From: a virus | Taxonomy: Duplodnaviria > Caudoviricetes | Reading direction: 5' to 3' (one strand) | DNA length: 64,000 bases | Virus record (IMG/VR): IMGVR_UViG_3300042519_002516 | Coordinates: 33 to 64,032 of that record | Shown here: in pieces, positions 1-9,505 of the stretch | How positions within the stretch are numbered: the first letter of the stretch is position 1 | How the letters are laid out: the number at the start of each line of letters is the position of its first letter | Made by a program: the position numbers and the translations under genes | The notes under the pieces: model-generated | The model's input: the letters and a program-made list of their open reading frames with translations, nothing else | The model's database searches: none | What the model was told of the DNA's origin: nothing

Positions 1-1
1 C

Positions 2-1657
2 GATGTCCTTGTTGGTTGCCGGAAGGTCGGTATACCGTTTGAATTTAGGTGCTGCAAGGCAGGCCTCAATCATCGGTGGCACCGGCACCGGCTCCGGCAC
101 CGGCACCGGCTCCGCTGTAGGGGGCAAGCTGTCTAGTCCCCTAGACAAACCCGCACCGTCCTCGGCTGCCGGAATCCGGATTCCGTTACGGTCAGACAGG
201 TAGTCCGGCGCATTGACCGGCACGGCGGAGTTGGCAATCGTGCTGAGGTTGGCCGCAGACAGCGCCGGAATCCAGTCCGGTCGGTTGTTGTAGAGAGTCC
301 ATTGGGCGTAGGTGCTGCGGAGGCGCTCGATAATATCGGAGTCTGTCCAATCATTAGCACGAGTCAGGACTTCGTCAGAGGTAAGCCGGAACCACGTTCC
401 GGCGTATCGAATCAGGCAGTAGCAATCCCCGAACCGGCGTCCATCTAGGCAAACGTATTGGAGGATCGGTGCCGGCGTGAGCGGTGCTTCGTTGGCATAC
501 GCCCGACACTCGTGCCGGCTGACCTCACGCCACTCAGGGCTTTGGATACCGCGCAGATACTCCGTCATTTCTGCAAGAGTCCAGCAACCGGAACGCTCGC
601 GGGCTCCATACAGAGCCGCCTGTGAGGAGCCCTCAAGGTGGACATACACCATATACTCCTCGCCCTCGGTGTATTCCAGATGGGATACTTGGCGAAAGAG
701 GCCGTTCTCCGGTGTTGTTGCGAAGTAGCGGACGGCAGGCGCGGGTGTTGTAGGTGCTTCGGTGTTTGTGTTGTTGGGCATATCAGTATGGGTTTCGGTT
801 TGTTCTCGTTCGTATTCGGCAAAGGGAAGCTCCTCGTCACGGTAGCCGAGGCATAGCTCCAAATTTGCGGCGGTCGGGTGCCATTGCGTCGGATCGTTGA
901 TTTCGCTGTTGTAGCAAGCAAGGGTGCGACCGTCCGGATAGAAGACAAAGGTTCGGGTTACGTCGCGGAAGCGCCGGACACCGGAGCACCGCAGCTGCGG
1001 ATGCTGCGGCGGAGCTTCCGGAATCTCGACCATAGACCGGTGCAGAAGAGCATCGGCAAGGATGTGCTGAGCGTAGTTAGCATGGCTACGGACGGAACCG
1101 TCCGGATAGACCTGTCGGAACAAGCCGTCTTCCGGAAGGAAGTAATAGGCGGAGCCATCGTTGTCGTATCCCCATTTGAAGTAGCGGATGGCAGGTGTGG
1201 GGGCTTCGGTGTTTGTGTTGTTGGGCATATCGTTGGTATTGGTTTCGGTTGCTGGTTCGGTTGCTGGTTCTTCGGTTTCCTCAGGCTGTCTAGGGGGACT
1301 AGACAAATTTGTTTGGTTGATGTCAAGCGTCGCCGGATGCTGGCGGCCGGTGACTTCGGTGTCACACTCAGCGCAAAGGGCCTCATCCGCCGGAGCGTAG
1401 GAGTCGAAGGCGTAGATGCTGCGGTCGCAGCAGGAGCAGCTGATGATCTCCTCTGCTCCGGACATCGGCGGGCCGTCGAGTTCGACCCAATGAAAACCAG
1501 CCATCAGGGTATCCAATGCGCGAGCGAACCACTGGATGCCGGAGACCGGTTGGTGGTTCGCGTCGAAGGCTTGGATGCGATCCGAGCCGTCCTCTAGGGC
1601 AGCATAGGCAACACCTAGGTGGGCGGGCCAAGCGAGACTACTGAAATAGCGTGTCAT
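2..1657 (-). CDS. Long modular hypothetical early protein, 3' end runs off the window (not in the ORF track)
   Basis: Translated by hand from ATG 1657 (MTRYFSSLAW...) with no stop to position 2. Contains two internal MPNNTNTEAPT...RYF repeats (ATG at 1228 and 781) and a CxCC/CxxC motif. Confidence 0.75.
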   Translation of the reverse strand, partial: MTRYFSSLAWPAHLGVAYAALEDGSDRIQAFDANHQPVSGIQWFARALDTLMAGFHWVELDGPPMSGAEEIISCSCCDRSIYAFDSYAPADEALCAECDTEVTGRQHPATLDINQTNLSSPPRQPEETEEPATEPATETNTNDMPNNTNTEAPTPAIRYFKWGYDNDGSAYYFLPEDGLFRQVYPDGSVRSHANYAQHILADALLHRSMVEIPEAPPQHPQLRCSGVRRFRDVTRTFVFYPDGRTLACYNSEINDPTQWHPTAANLELCLGYRDEELPFAEYEREQTETHTDMPNNTNTEAPTTPAPAVRYFATTPENGLFRQVSHLEYTEGEEYMVYVHLEGSSQAALYGARERSGCWTLAEMTEYLRGIQSPEWREVSRHECRAYANEAPLTPAPILQYVCLDGRRFGDCYCLIRYAGTWFRLTSDEVLTRANDWTDSDIIERLRSTYAQWTLYNNRPDWIPALSAANLSTIANSAVPVNAPDYLSDRNGIRIPAAEDGAGLSRGLDSLPPTAEPVPVPEPVPVPPMIEACLAAPKFKRYTDLPATNKDI

Positions 1658-1669
1658 TATTCGATTGTG

Positions 1670-1867
1670 TTAGTGTTGGATTGTTGATTCGACGCGGACA
1701 AACGGCATAGGCCGGACGGATTGCGGACGAGTGCCGGCCATAAGGCGGCAGCACAGGCTGGCAAAGCGTGCATCGCTGCCGATAGCGGGCAGCGGTGTGG
1801 CTAGCTTAGGTAGGGCATTGCGCTTCGTCAGGTAACGAAGCGCGGCATCAACGGATGTGTTTTTCAT
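1670..1867 (-). CDS. Small hypothetical protein
   Basis: ATG 1867 (MKNTSVDAALRY...) follows the hairpin motif and an A/C-rich leader. The track's longer N-terminus is probably read-through of intergenic DNA. Confidence 0.6.
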   Translation of the reverse strand: MKNTSVDAALRYLTKRNALPKLATPLPAIGSDARFASLCCRLMAGTRPQSVRPMPFVRVESTIQH

Positions 1868-1913
1868 TTTGGTTTCTTGTTTGTTAGGGAGAGAATGGGT
1901 TTGTCTAGGGGGA

Positions 1914-3008
1914 CTAGACAGATTGGGTGTCTGTGCTAATATCAGGATCAACGTCGTTGTCGCAGCCATTCCAGATATAGTAGTCATAGCATTGGCTGGA
2001 GCAGAAGCCGTCGTAGCCCTCGTGCTGGTAGTCGCAGCCACAATACGGACACTTGTCCGGCGGGGCCTCCTCGCTGAGGTGGAGCAAAGAAAACCCACCG
2101 TAGGTTCTAGCTATGCCGTAGATGTGATCCAGCCGCAGGTCACGGCGAGCGGCTGGATCACCGGCAACGAGATACCACTGCCCCGCTGCGTCGCGCACCA
2201 GATAGGGCAAGTCGCAACAGGGAAACTTGGATACGGCGGCGCACTCAGCTGGAACCGGAATGAACTCTGTTCGGCTATTAGTTCCGACGAGCCGGAGCCC
2301 ACCAATCAGGCGGGTCGTCGGCTCGTGTAGGCACTCGCTGACACCGTTCCTCAACAGGAAATAGGTCATGCCTTTCCGCAATGCCTTGCCGGATAGCAGT
2401 GGATCAAAGATGATAGGCTGGGTCATCATGTTCCGGCCATCCGGCAAAGTCCAGACAGCGAAGCGGGCGAGCATAGCCCCACCGTATTTCGGTGGAAGGA
2501 TGGCGACCCGCAGGATGCCTGCTTGCTGGCAAATATCATACATCTCGAACATCTCAGCGGGCAGGCCTTGCATTGAACACGCGCCGCCGCCGAAGGTGTC
2601 CGGCCTAGACATGATGTCAGACACTCGACCTGAATACCATTGCCAGTCTCTAGCGCCCAACGAGAGGGCCAGCCGCGCCGCCATGCCAGCACGCTCGCCC
2701 CACTCGTCTCCGTTGAGCAATGGAACATTGAATTTATCACAGACTGCGTTCACCAGATCCCTAGGTGAAGGGTTGGGGTGGCTGCTAATGGTAGCACCGG
2801 ACAGGATTCCGGATTCCGGATTCAGCCTGCCAAAAACGGTCTGCTGAAACGGACTCTGGAATCCGTCCTCATCCATGACCTTCTCCGCAAACGATTTAAG
2901 CGGGATGCTCCGGTGCTTGGCAAGGACATTGGCTAGGATGTAGCCAGTCCAGTTGGCTGCATCATATGGATGCAGGTAGGACGGTGGGTTCAACGAGATG
3001 TCTTTCAT
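1914..3008 (-). CDS. Hypothetical early protein with C-terminal Cys-rich (CPYCG...FCSxxC) zinc-binding motif
   Basis: Likely start ATG 3008 (MKDISLN...) after a hairpin and A-rich leader. The TAG stop lies inside the hairpin motif. Confidence 0.7.
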   Translation of the reverse strand: MKDISLNPPSYLHPYDAANWTGYILANVLAKHRSIPLKSFAEKVMDEDGFQSPFQQTVFGRLNPESGILSGATISSHPNPSPRDLVNAVCDKFNVPLLNGDEWGERAGMAARLALSLGARDWQWYSGRVSDIMSRPDTFGGGACSMQGLPAEMFEMYDICQQAGILRVAILPPKYGGAMLARFAVWTLPDGRNMMTQPIIFDPLLSGKALRKGMTYFLLRNGVSECLHEPTTRLIGGLRLVGTNSRTEFIPVPAECAAVSKFPCCDLPYLVRDAAGQWYLVAGDPAARRDLRLDHIYGIARTYGGFSLLHLSEEAPPDKCPYCGCDYQHEGYDGFCSSQCYDYYIWNGCDNDVDPDISTDTQSV

Positions 3009-3075
3009 CTTATTTGTTTTGGTTTGGGTTTGTCTAGGGGGACTAGACTGTCTAGACCCCCTAGACGGATTGATG

Positions 3076-3390
3076 TTAGCCGACAAGGAGAATCTCCAAC
3101 AGCTTAGGGCAGAGGAACTCCCACTTGACACCGGCAGCAACGGCGCAAGAGACGACGGCGGCAGCGAGATCCGGCATGTCGGGATCAGGAGCGCAATCCC
3201 CACCGTAGTAGGCGGCGAGGCGAGCGTCGACGGCATCCGCAAAAGACAAGCAGGCTGCCGCTTCGGGACTATCCGGAACGTCGCAAACATAGAGGGCTGC
3301 GGCATCGCTCACGCGGCACACGACATCCGGAGATGCGGTCGCAAGCAGGCTGACGAACAGGACGGTTGACTTCATTTGTTTTGGTCTCAT
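3076..3390 (-). CDS. Hypothetical protein with hydrophobic N-terminus
   Basis: 104-aa ORF with an A-rich leader, collinear with its neighbours. Confidence 0.55.
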   Translation of the reverse strand: MRPKQMKSTVLFVSLLATASPDVVCRVSDAAALYVCDVPDSPEAAACLSFADAVDARLAAYYGGDCAPDPDMPDLAAAVVSCAVAAGVKWEFLCPKLLEILLVG

Positions 3391-3528
3391 TTTGTTTTTG
3401 CGTTTAGCGGAGCCTTCATTGACTCCCTGCTGCCGTTAGGTGCATGACCTAACGGCAGACGGGAATGAAGAAAGCCGGCTTGTCTAGGGGGACTAGACAA
3501 GCCGGATTCCGGATTCTGTCTAGGGGCT

Positions 3529-4071
3529 CTAGACAGCCTTGACAAGGGCAAGCGCCGCCTTGGTAATGCGTGCCGCGTCCGATCTGGTAAGCGTCAACCC
3601 TTTCTTGCTAAGGATTGCAAGGATAGCGGAAACCGGATCACCGTTGCCTTTGCTAAGGATTGCAAGGATAGCGGAAACCGGATCACCGTTGCCTTTGCCG
3701 CCCTTGCCCGACTTTGGGTTGACGCTGCCGTTGGTTCCGCCGTCATAAACGATAGCCAACAATTGGCTGATGCGTTGCTTGCTAACAAGCTCGGTCGCTT
3801 TGAGGATCTCACGGGCCTCCGACTTATCGAAGCTGTTCTCCCAACAAGCCTCCACGATAAGGCGCGCAGGCTGCGCTTCCCCTTGTGCATGGTCGACGCC
3901 GTGCAAACCCCACGCTACACCAATGGCTTTGCCAGCCGCAACCATGTCGCGATCAGCCGCTACAAGAATCGCTTCCAGCTCATCCGCCAGAACCTTATTG
4001 GCATACTGAACGCCGACAACCAGCGACTTAGCGAATTGGGTGGCGGCGGTTTTGATTTGCTTAGTGTTCAT
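3529..4071 (-). CDS. Hypothetical protein, first gene of the leftward early unit, with an internal 15-aa duplication
   Basis: Likely start ATG 4071 (MNTKQIK...). KGNGDPVSAILAILS occurs twice. The stop codon lies inside a hairpin motif. Confidence 0.7.
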   Translation of the reverse strand: MNTKQIKTAATQFAKSLVVGVQYANKVLADELEAILVAADRDMVAAGKAIGVAWGLHGVDHAQGEAQPARLIVEACWENSFDKSEAREILKATELVSKQRISQLLAIVYDGGTNGSVNPKSGKGGKGNGDPVSAILAILSKGNGDPVSAILAILSKKGLTLTRSDAARITKAALALVKAV

Positions 4072-4477
4072 ACTATTCTTTTTTGTCTTTGTGTTTGTTT
4101 GTGAGGCAAGCCGATTGCTTCCCTTCATCTACTTCGCACGGCGGGGGTCGCCGATACCGCCTTTCCCTATACCTAAGCCAATTCTGCCACTGTGACATTT
4201 TATCGCACCACAGCCTTCAATCCAGCATCCGGAAGCCGCTTCTATACAGTGTAAGCCGGATGCCATATTGTGGATTAGGTGTAAGCTGTTGTAAATGAGT
4301 GAGTTACGATTGTTGCATGACTCCGCATTAGTCTTGTTGTGCGAAGGTATGGAAGCCGGAGACACGGCACCGGTGGGGGTGTGCATTTTTGTGCCAACTT
4401 GCGGAAAATACATATAGGGGTCTGTGAAAAAATTATTGGGATAGACAGGGGCCGGCCAAAAGTGTAGGATTTGAGCC

Positions 4478-4735
4478 ATGTCGGACTCCGGATCTAGCAA
4501 AACTGACTACTACGAGCGCAACAAGGAGGCCAGAAGGGCCTATCAGCGAGCGTATTACGCCGAAAAGCGCGCAGAAATGCGACGTCAGCGTGAGGTTGAG
4601 GGCTATTTGGAGCCGGAAAAGCGCAAAAAGTACTTGACATACCAGCGCGAGTACTACTTCGCCAACCGAGAGCGCCTTCTCCGCATCCGTCGGGAACGAT
4701 ATTTAGCGGCGCGTCAAGCAAAATCCGCCGAATAG
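4478..4735 (+). CDS. Small basic Tyr/Arg-rich helical protein
   Basis: 85 aa with YYERNKE/YQREYY repeats, a pattern common in small phage proteins. Confidence 0.6.
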   Translation: MSDSGSSKTDYYERNKEARRAYQRAYYAEKRAEMRRQREVEGYLEPEKRKKYLTYQREYYFANRERLLRIRRERYLAARQAKSAE

Positions 4736-4844
4736 GGCCGATTTATCCGGCATCCGGTATCCGGAACCATACACCGGAACCCCCTACCCAACCCCAAGCT
4801 ACGGCACCCATAGTAGCTCGTGCTACTAGGATCATAGTAGCAGG

Positions 4845-4990
4845 ATTCCGGACTCCGGATAGAAATTATTGGACACCCGCAGCGCCCTCGCGCACGTCGG
4901 ACTCCGGATTCCGGATAGAAATTATTGGACACGCCGCACCCTCTCGCGTACGCCGGACGGCTCCGAAGGCATCGAAAGAATTGGACAAAA
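4845..4990 (+). repeat. Imperfect tandem repeats (about 57-nt period) with core CCGGATAGAAATTATTGGACAC
   Basis: Two near-exact cores at about 4855-4876 and 4911-4932, and a degenerate third at about 4977-4987. Confidence 0.8.
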
Positions 4991-5074
4991 GAGCCCTCTT
5001 CGCAGACCGCCGCTGGCGTGGAACCCTGCCATTTTACCCCTAAAAATGTTCCACGGGTAGCGGTTTTCTCATCC

Positions 5075-5196
5075 CAGAAAAATCTGAAAAGTTTCTGGAA
5101 ACCCCCTAATTCATATTAAAGCAGTAATTCAAATAGAAAAAAGGTAACTGAATTACTGCTTTAATATGAATTACCTATATAGAGAAAACTTTATAC
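5075..5196. repeat. 122-bp AT-rich element, copy 1, with a 25-bp perfect inverted repeat
   Basis: Arms TAATTCATATTAAAGCAGTAATTCA (5107-5131) and its reverse complement (5149-5173), 17-nt spacer. Near-identical to 38474-38595. Confidence 0.95.
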
Positions 5197-5335
5197 CTTT
5201 TTTCTGGGAAGAATCTTCTTGTGGAACACGAAATTATTGAACACACCGAAACAGGCCTCCGGCCGGCGGCCATCTGCGAAAGCGGAGAAAATTATTGACG
5301 CCGGTTGACCTTCCGTTGTAGACCTCCGTCAACCT

Positions 5336-5602
5336 ATGACGACCGCACCCGCCGCTCCGAGCAAACACGCCGTGACCATCCCGACCTTTCCCGACTACGC
5401 GATTGAGCCGGACGGCTCCGTGTGGCGGATCACGCCGACGCAAAGGGGACCGAAGGCCAACACGCTCCGGCCGCTCACGCCGGTCATCCATCCGAAGGGC
5501 CACACATGGGCCGTCTTCCTCTACGACCCATCCGGCATCCGGAAACGGGTACGCATCAACCTGCTCCTTGAGCTTGCTTTCGGCCAGCAAACAATTAGTT
5601 GA
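5336..5602 (+). CDS. NUMOD4-like DNA-binding protein lacking the HNH catalytic domain
   Basis: IPTFPDYAIEPDGSVW...LTPVI..KG..V.L resembles NUMOD4. The protein ends at INLLLELAF, where the HNH motif HRLVAEAF would normally begin. Confidence 0.55.
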   Translation: MTTAPAAPSKHAVTIPTFPDYAIEPDGSVWRITPTQRGPKANTLRPLTPVIHPKGHTWAVFLYDPSGIRKRVRINLLLELAFGQQTIS

Positions 5603-5627
5603 CAAAGCCGATAGAATTGGGCAGTAT
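5599..5627 (+). promoter_or_regulatory. Sigma70-like promoter for the portal gene (near-leaderless)
   Basis: TTGACA-17-CAGTAT, 8 nt before GTG 5636. Confidence 0.55.
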
Positions 5628-5635
5628 TCCGGCCT

Positions 5636-7924
5636 GTGACGTCCATTGCGCAAACCACGAGCGGCCTCAACGAGCTTGACCTGCTCAACCTTGATCCCGA
5701 AAAGGACTATGCCGTGCCGCAGAGCCGGCTGAAGGACGTCAATGCTGCGGTTGCGATCTACAACACCTTGCGCCGAGCCGACGAACGCTCCGCCGTCAAC
5801 CGCAGCCGCATGGACGCCATGTTCGACGGAGCTCCTCCGCACGACCAGAAGGTCTTGAACTCGACCGGCCAAGGCTCGCGGACAAACCTGAACTTCGGCG
5901 AGAGCCAGCGGTACCTTGACGTTGCCATGTCGGCCTTCGTCGACCTGTACAGCTCGCTTGAGACCCTTGTCCGCGTGAAGGTGACGGCCGGCGAGGAATC
6001 CTTGCGGGCGCAGATTGCCGACATCATCGCCGAGGAAGCCACCGCAACGCTGCGCTCTCTGCCGGAGTTCCACAGCAACTACCTGCGCCTCTGCACCGAG
6101 TTCACGAAGCACGGTGTGGGAGTCACCTACTTCGACAACCCGAAGGACTGGCGCTTCCGTGTTTGTGGCCTGAGCGACTTCCTCATTCCGCGCCAAACCC
6201 AAGCGTCCGAGGACAGCATCGAGGTTGCCGTTGCCCGACGCCAGTACCTGCTCCATGAGCTCTACGGCTTCGTGAGCAACGAGGAGGTCGCGACCAATAC
6301 CGGCTGGAACGTCGAGGAGACCAAGCGCGTCATCGTCAAGAACGCCCGCACGACCGGCCGTGCTTCCGGCGCGACCTTCGCCGATTGGGAAGCTACCCAA
6401 CGCGAGCTCAAGAACAACGACATCTACACCGGCCTTGAGAACACGACCGTTGACGTCCTGCACATTTGGGTGCGCGAGTTCAACGGCTCCGTCAGCCACT
6501 TCATGTGCGCGGAGGAGTCGCCTAAGGACTTCCTGTTCCAGAAGGTCGGCATGTTCGACGCTCCGGAGCGGGCCTACCTGTTGTTCTCCTACGGCGTAGG
6601 GACCAACGGCACCTACCATTCGGTTCGCGGCCTAGGCCATCGGATCTTCAACCATGTCCAGACCTCCAACCGGATGCGGTGCCAACGGGTCGACAGCGCC
6701 ATGATGGCCGGTTCGGTGATGATCCAGCCGGAGACCCAGCGTGCGCTTGAGGACTTGTCGTTCACGATGTACGGCCCTTACTCGATCCTCTCGCCCAACG
6801 TGCGGGTCGTCGAGAAGGTGGTGCCTAACCTCACGCAGTCAATGGAGCCGGCCATTGCCGACATCGAGAACCAGCTCTCGATGAACGTCGACCTGATGTC
6901 GACCTACGGCAACCGCAGTAGCCCGTACCGCAACGAGCTCCAGACCGAGCACGACCTTGCCGTTTCCAGCCGCCTCACCGGCAGCACCATCAACCTGTTC
7001 TACGCCAGCTGGACCCGCCTCCTGCGCGAGGTCATCCGGCGTCTGGTATCCGGAGACCGGAAGGACCGCGCCGTGCGCGACTTCTTCGACCGTTGCGCGG
7101 ATCGCGGCGTTCCGGCGGAGCTCGTCAAGTCCGTTGATTTCTCGAAGACCATTGCGGTGCGCGCCATCGGCTCCGGCTCGCAGGCCAACCGCCTGCTTGC
7201 GCTGCGTGAGCTCAACCAGATTTCCGGCTCCTACGACGAGGTCGGCCGCCACAACCTGATCCGCCACATCACCGCGACCCGTGTCGGATACGACCTTGCC
7301 GACCAGTTCGTGCCTGCCAATCCGGAGCCCCGCACGACCGTCGACGCGAAGATCGCCCTGCTGGAAAACCAGCTCATGCAGACCGGTGTGGCGGTGCCGG
7401 TGCTGGACTCCGAGATCCATGCGATGCACCTGCGGGCGCACGCGCCGGTGCTCGACCAGTTGCTTGTCGACATCGACGAAGGCACCGCCGATCCGGTGCA
7501 GGCGCTGCCTTTGGTGCAGGCCCTCACGCAGCACGTCAGCGAGCACGCCAACTACCTTGCCGCAGATCCAATGGCGAAAGCGGAGAGTGCCGCCGCCAGA
7601 CAGCTCTTGCAGAAGGCCAGCGAGGTCATCGTCAACTACACCCGCAAGGTGCAGGCCGAGGCCCGCAAGCAGGCCATCCGCGAACAGCGCGACGGAGCGG
7701 CACAAGCAGCGGGCGATCCAAACGCTGCTCCGGCAGATCCGAACGCCGCTCCGGCAGGCCCGACTCCTGCGGAGCTCAAGATGCAGCTCTTCGAGATGCA
7801 GCGCGAGATGGTGCGCCAAAAGGCCGAGCAGGAGATGGCCATCCGGCAGGCCAAAGCCGACCAAGAGCTCGCCATCAAGGATGCCTTGCGCGCCGCCGAG
7901 TTCGCCGGTAACGGCACGGCCTAA
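5636..7924 (+). CDS. Portal (head-tail connector) protein
   Basis: 762 aa, first large gene of the virion module, upstream of scaffold and capsid, with a Q/A-rich coiled-coil C-terminus typical of podovirus portals. Confidence 0.75.
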   Translation: MTSIAQTTSGLNELDLLNLDPEKDYAVPQSRLKDVNAAVAIYNTLRRADERSAVNRSRMDAMFDGAPPHDQKVLNSTGQGSRTNLNFGESQRYLDVAMSAFVDLYSSLETLVRVKVTAGEESLRAQIADIIAEEATATLRSLPEFHSNYLRLCTEFTKHGVGVTYFDNPKDWRFRVCGLSDFLIPRQTQASEDSIEVAVARRQYLLHELYGFVSNEEVATNTGWNVEETKRVIVKNARTTGRASGATFADWEATQRELKNNDIYTGLENTTVDVLHIWVREFNGSVSHFMCAEESPKDFLFQKVGMFDAPERAYLLFSYGVGTNGTYHSVRGLGHRIFNHVQTSNRMRCQRVDSAMMAGSVMIQPETQRALEDLSFTMYGPYSILSPNVRVVEKVVPNLTQSMEPAIADIENQLSMNVDLMSTYGNRSSPYRNELQTEHDLAVSSRLTGSTINLFYASWTRLLREVIRRLVSGDRKDRAVRDFFDRCADRGVPAELVKSVDFSKTIAVRAIGSGSQANRLLALRELNQISGSYDEVGRHNLIRHITATRVGYDLADQFVPANPEPRTTVDAKIALLENQLMQTGVAVPVLDSEIHAMHLRAHAPVLDQLLVDIDEGTADPVQALPLVQALTQHVSEHANYLAADPMAKAESAAARQLLQKASEVIVNYTRKVQAEARKQAIREQRDGAAQAAGDPNAAPADPNAAPAGPTPAELKMQLFEMQREMVRQKAEQEMAIRQAKADQELAIKDALRAAEFAGNGTA

Positions 7925-7976
7925 ATGATCGTCAAAAGTATTTGACATCATCTGCGTTTTCCTATCAGATCCCCGC

Positions 7977-8285
7977 ATGTTCTTCCGCAAGAAGCCCGTC
8001 CTGCCTAAGCCGTTGGCCCATTGGTATCAGGACATTCAGGCCGTCGAGGGCCTGCGTGAATTGCTTGACGACCCTATCCTGCAAACGGCAATCGCCACCC
8101 TCCAAGCAGCAGCCAGCCCGACGCTCGCCAACTCGCTTGACGCCGCAGCTAACAGCCTGCGCCTGAGCTGGCTTGCCGGATACAACGACGCCTTCCGCGA
8201 CCTGCAACGCCTGACCGTACTGCCCAAGCCGTACACCGAGTTGCCGGAAAGCTGGGACTACATTGACACACCCAACCGACCATGA
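7977..8285 (+). CDS. Small head-module protein
   Basis: 102 aa between portal and scaffold. TTGACA at 7942 lies 29 nt before the ATG, and the stop overlaps the next start (ATGA). Confidence 0.75.
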   Translation: MFFRKKPVLPKPLAHWYQDIQAVEGLRELLDDPILQTAIATLQAAASPTLANSLDAAANSLRLSWLAGYNDAFRDLQRLTVLPKPYTELPESWDYIDTPNRP

Positions 8286-9433
8286 GTGACCCTGCCGCAC
8301 CTACCGCCGAACCTGTTGTCGTAGCCGAACCGGCCGCCGACACCGGAGGCTTCATCGACTCCATTGACTCCGCCTTCGCCGGCTTTGATTTCGGTGATGC
8401 GGATAGCCCTCCGGCTGCCGCCGCTGCTCCGGTCGTTGATCCTGTCACTCCTGCCACCGATGACACCGACGTTGTCGACCCTCCGGCCGCCGATCCGTTG
8501 GCCGACATCGACGATGCCGGCGACGACTCGCCGACTGACTGGACGCCGCAGGCCGCCCGCCGGTTCAAGGAGCTCAAGACCGAACTCAAGACGACCAAGC
8601 AGCTCTTGCTTGAGCGAGAGCAGGCCCTCACCGAGCGCGAGACCCGCCTGAAGGAGCTTGATGCCGTTGCGTCCAATCCGGCTGTCGAGGAGATGAAGAC
8701 CAAGCTCGCCGAGTACGAGCAGAAGCTCCTCATCACCGACCTTGAGAACAGCCCGACGTATCAGGAGCTGGTGCAGAAGCCGATGGCCGAGCTGGTCAAC
8801 GAGGCCTACACCATTGCCGAGAAGTACGAGGTCGACGGCGACTCGCTCATCGACGCCATTGCCCTTGACGACGAGTCCGCTCAGGAGGAGGCGCTATCCG
8901 AGATCCTTGCCTCCGCCTCCGACCGAGACAAGTTCCGGATCTACAAGATCATCGAGGAGGTCAAGCCGATCCTTGCCCACCGCACGCTGCTGCGTGAGAA
9001 CGCGCAGGCGGCGATTCTAGAGGGGCAGGAGCTCCAGCAGCGCCGACAGACGCAGGAGCTCGCAGAACGCGTCCAGCGGCGTCAGGAGGCCGCCAGCGCG
9101 GTCGCTGACCGGATGCGCAGCAAGCTCACCTTCATCGACTCCCTCACCGGCGTCGACCTCAAGGCAATGGCAGCCGAAGCCGCCCAGACCGATCCGGCTG
9201 CGATGGATGATGTGACGGCCACCTATCAGGCCATCGCGTCGAAGGTGTTTCCGAAACTGGCGCGGGACTACGTTGCCCTGCGTGCGGAGGTCGACTCGCT
9301 CACCGAGAAGCTCGCCGAGTACGACAAGGCCACACCGAAGGCCGGAGGCGGCTCCACACGGCCTGCCGGCGCGATGTCCGCCCCCACGGACGGCAAAACC
9401 TTCCTTGACGCGGTGTCGGCCGCCTTCGGATAA
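8282..9433 (+). CDS. Capsid scaffolding protein
   Basis: Acidic P/A/D-rich N-terminus, coiled coil, located immediately before the major capsid gene. Confidence 0.7.
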   Translation: MSDPAAPTAEPVVVAEPAADTGGFIDSIDSAFAGFDFGDADSPPAAAAAPVVDPVTPATDDTDVVDPPAADPLADIDDAGDDSPTDWTPQAARRFKELKTELKTTKQLLLEREQALTERETRLKELDAVASNPAVEEMKTKLAEYEQKLLITDLENSPTYQELVQKPMAELVNEAYTIAEKYEVDGDSLIDAIALDDESAQEEALSEILASASDRDKFRIYKIIEEVKPILAHRTLLRENAQAAILEGQELQQRRQTQELAERVQRRQEAASAVADRMRSKLTFIDSLTGVDLKAMAAEAAQTDPAAMDDVTATYQAIASKVFPKLARDYVALRAEVDSLTEKLAEYDKATPKAGGGSTRPAGAMSAPTDGKTFLDAVSAAFG

Positions 9434-9465
9434 AGCCTCAGCGCCTAAATAGTTTCCTTCCAAAC

Positions 9466-9505
9466 GAAAATCCGGTTGACAAACAACCGGATTTTCTGTT
9501 ATCTT
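9466..9505 (+). promoter_or_regulatory. Major capsid promoter overlapped by a 13-bp perfect inverted repeat
   Basis: TTGACA 9476-81 and TATCTT 9500-05. GAAAATCCGGTTG-ACAAA-CAACCGGATTTTC spans 9466-9496. Confidence 0.65.

Larger units (their letters stand above)
131..3534. repeat. Dispersed hairpin motif GTCTAG-N4/5-CTAGAC, left cluster (7 copies)
   Basis: Copies at 131-146, 1288-1304, 1903-1919, 3032-3048, 3050-3066, 3482-3498 and 3518-3534. Confidence 0.95.

Noticed and set aside
4845-4990. Possible mini-CRISPR array
   Set aside because: Only 2-3 degenerate units, the 'spacers' resemble each other, and there are no cas genes. The Cas4-like gene is a standard phage replication exonuclease.
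5107-5173. Rho-independent terminator or protelomerase site
   Set aside because: The stem is AT-rich with a 17-nt loop and no adjacent U-tract. It is not a continuous palindrome, and no protelomerase gene was seen.
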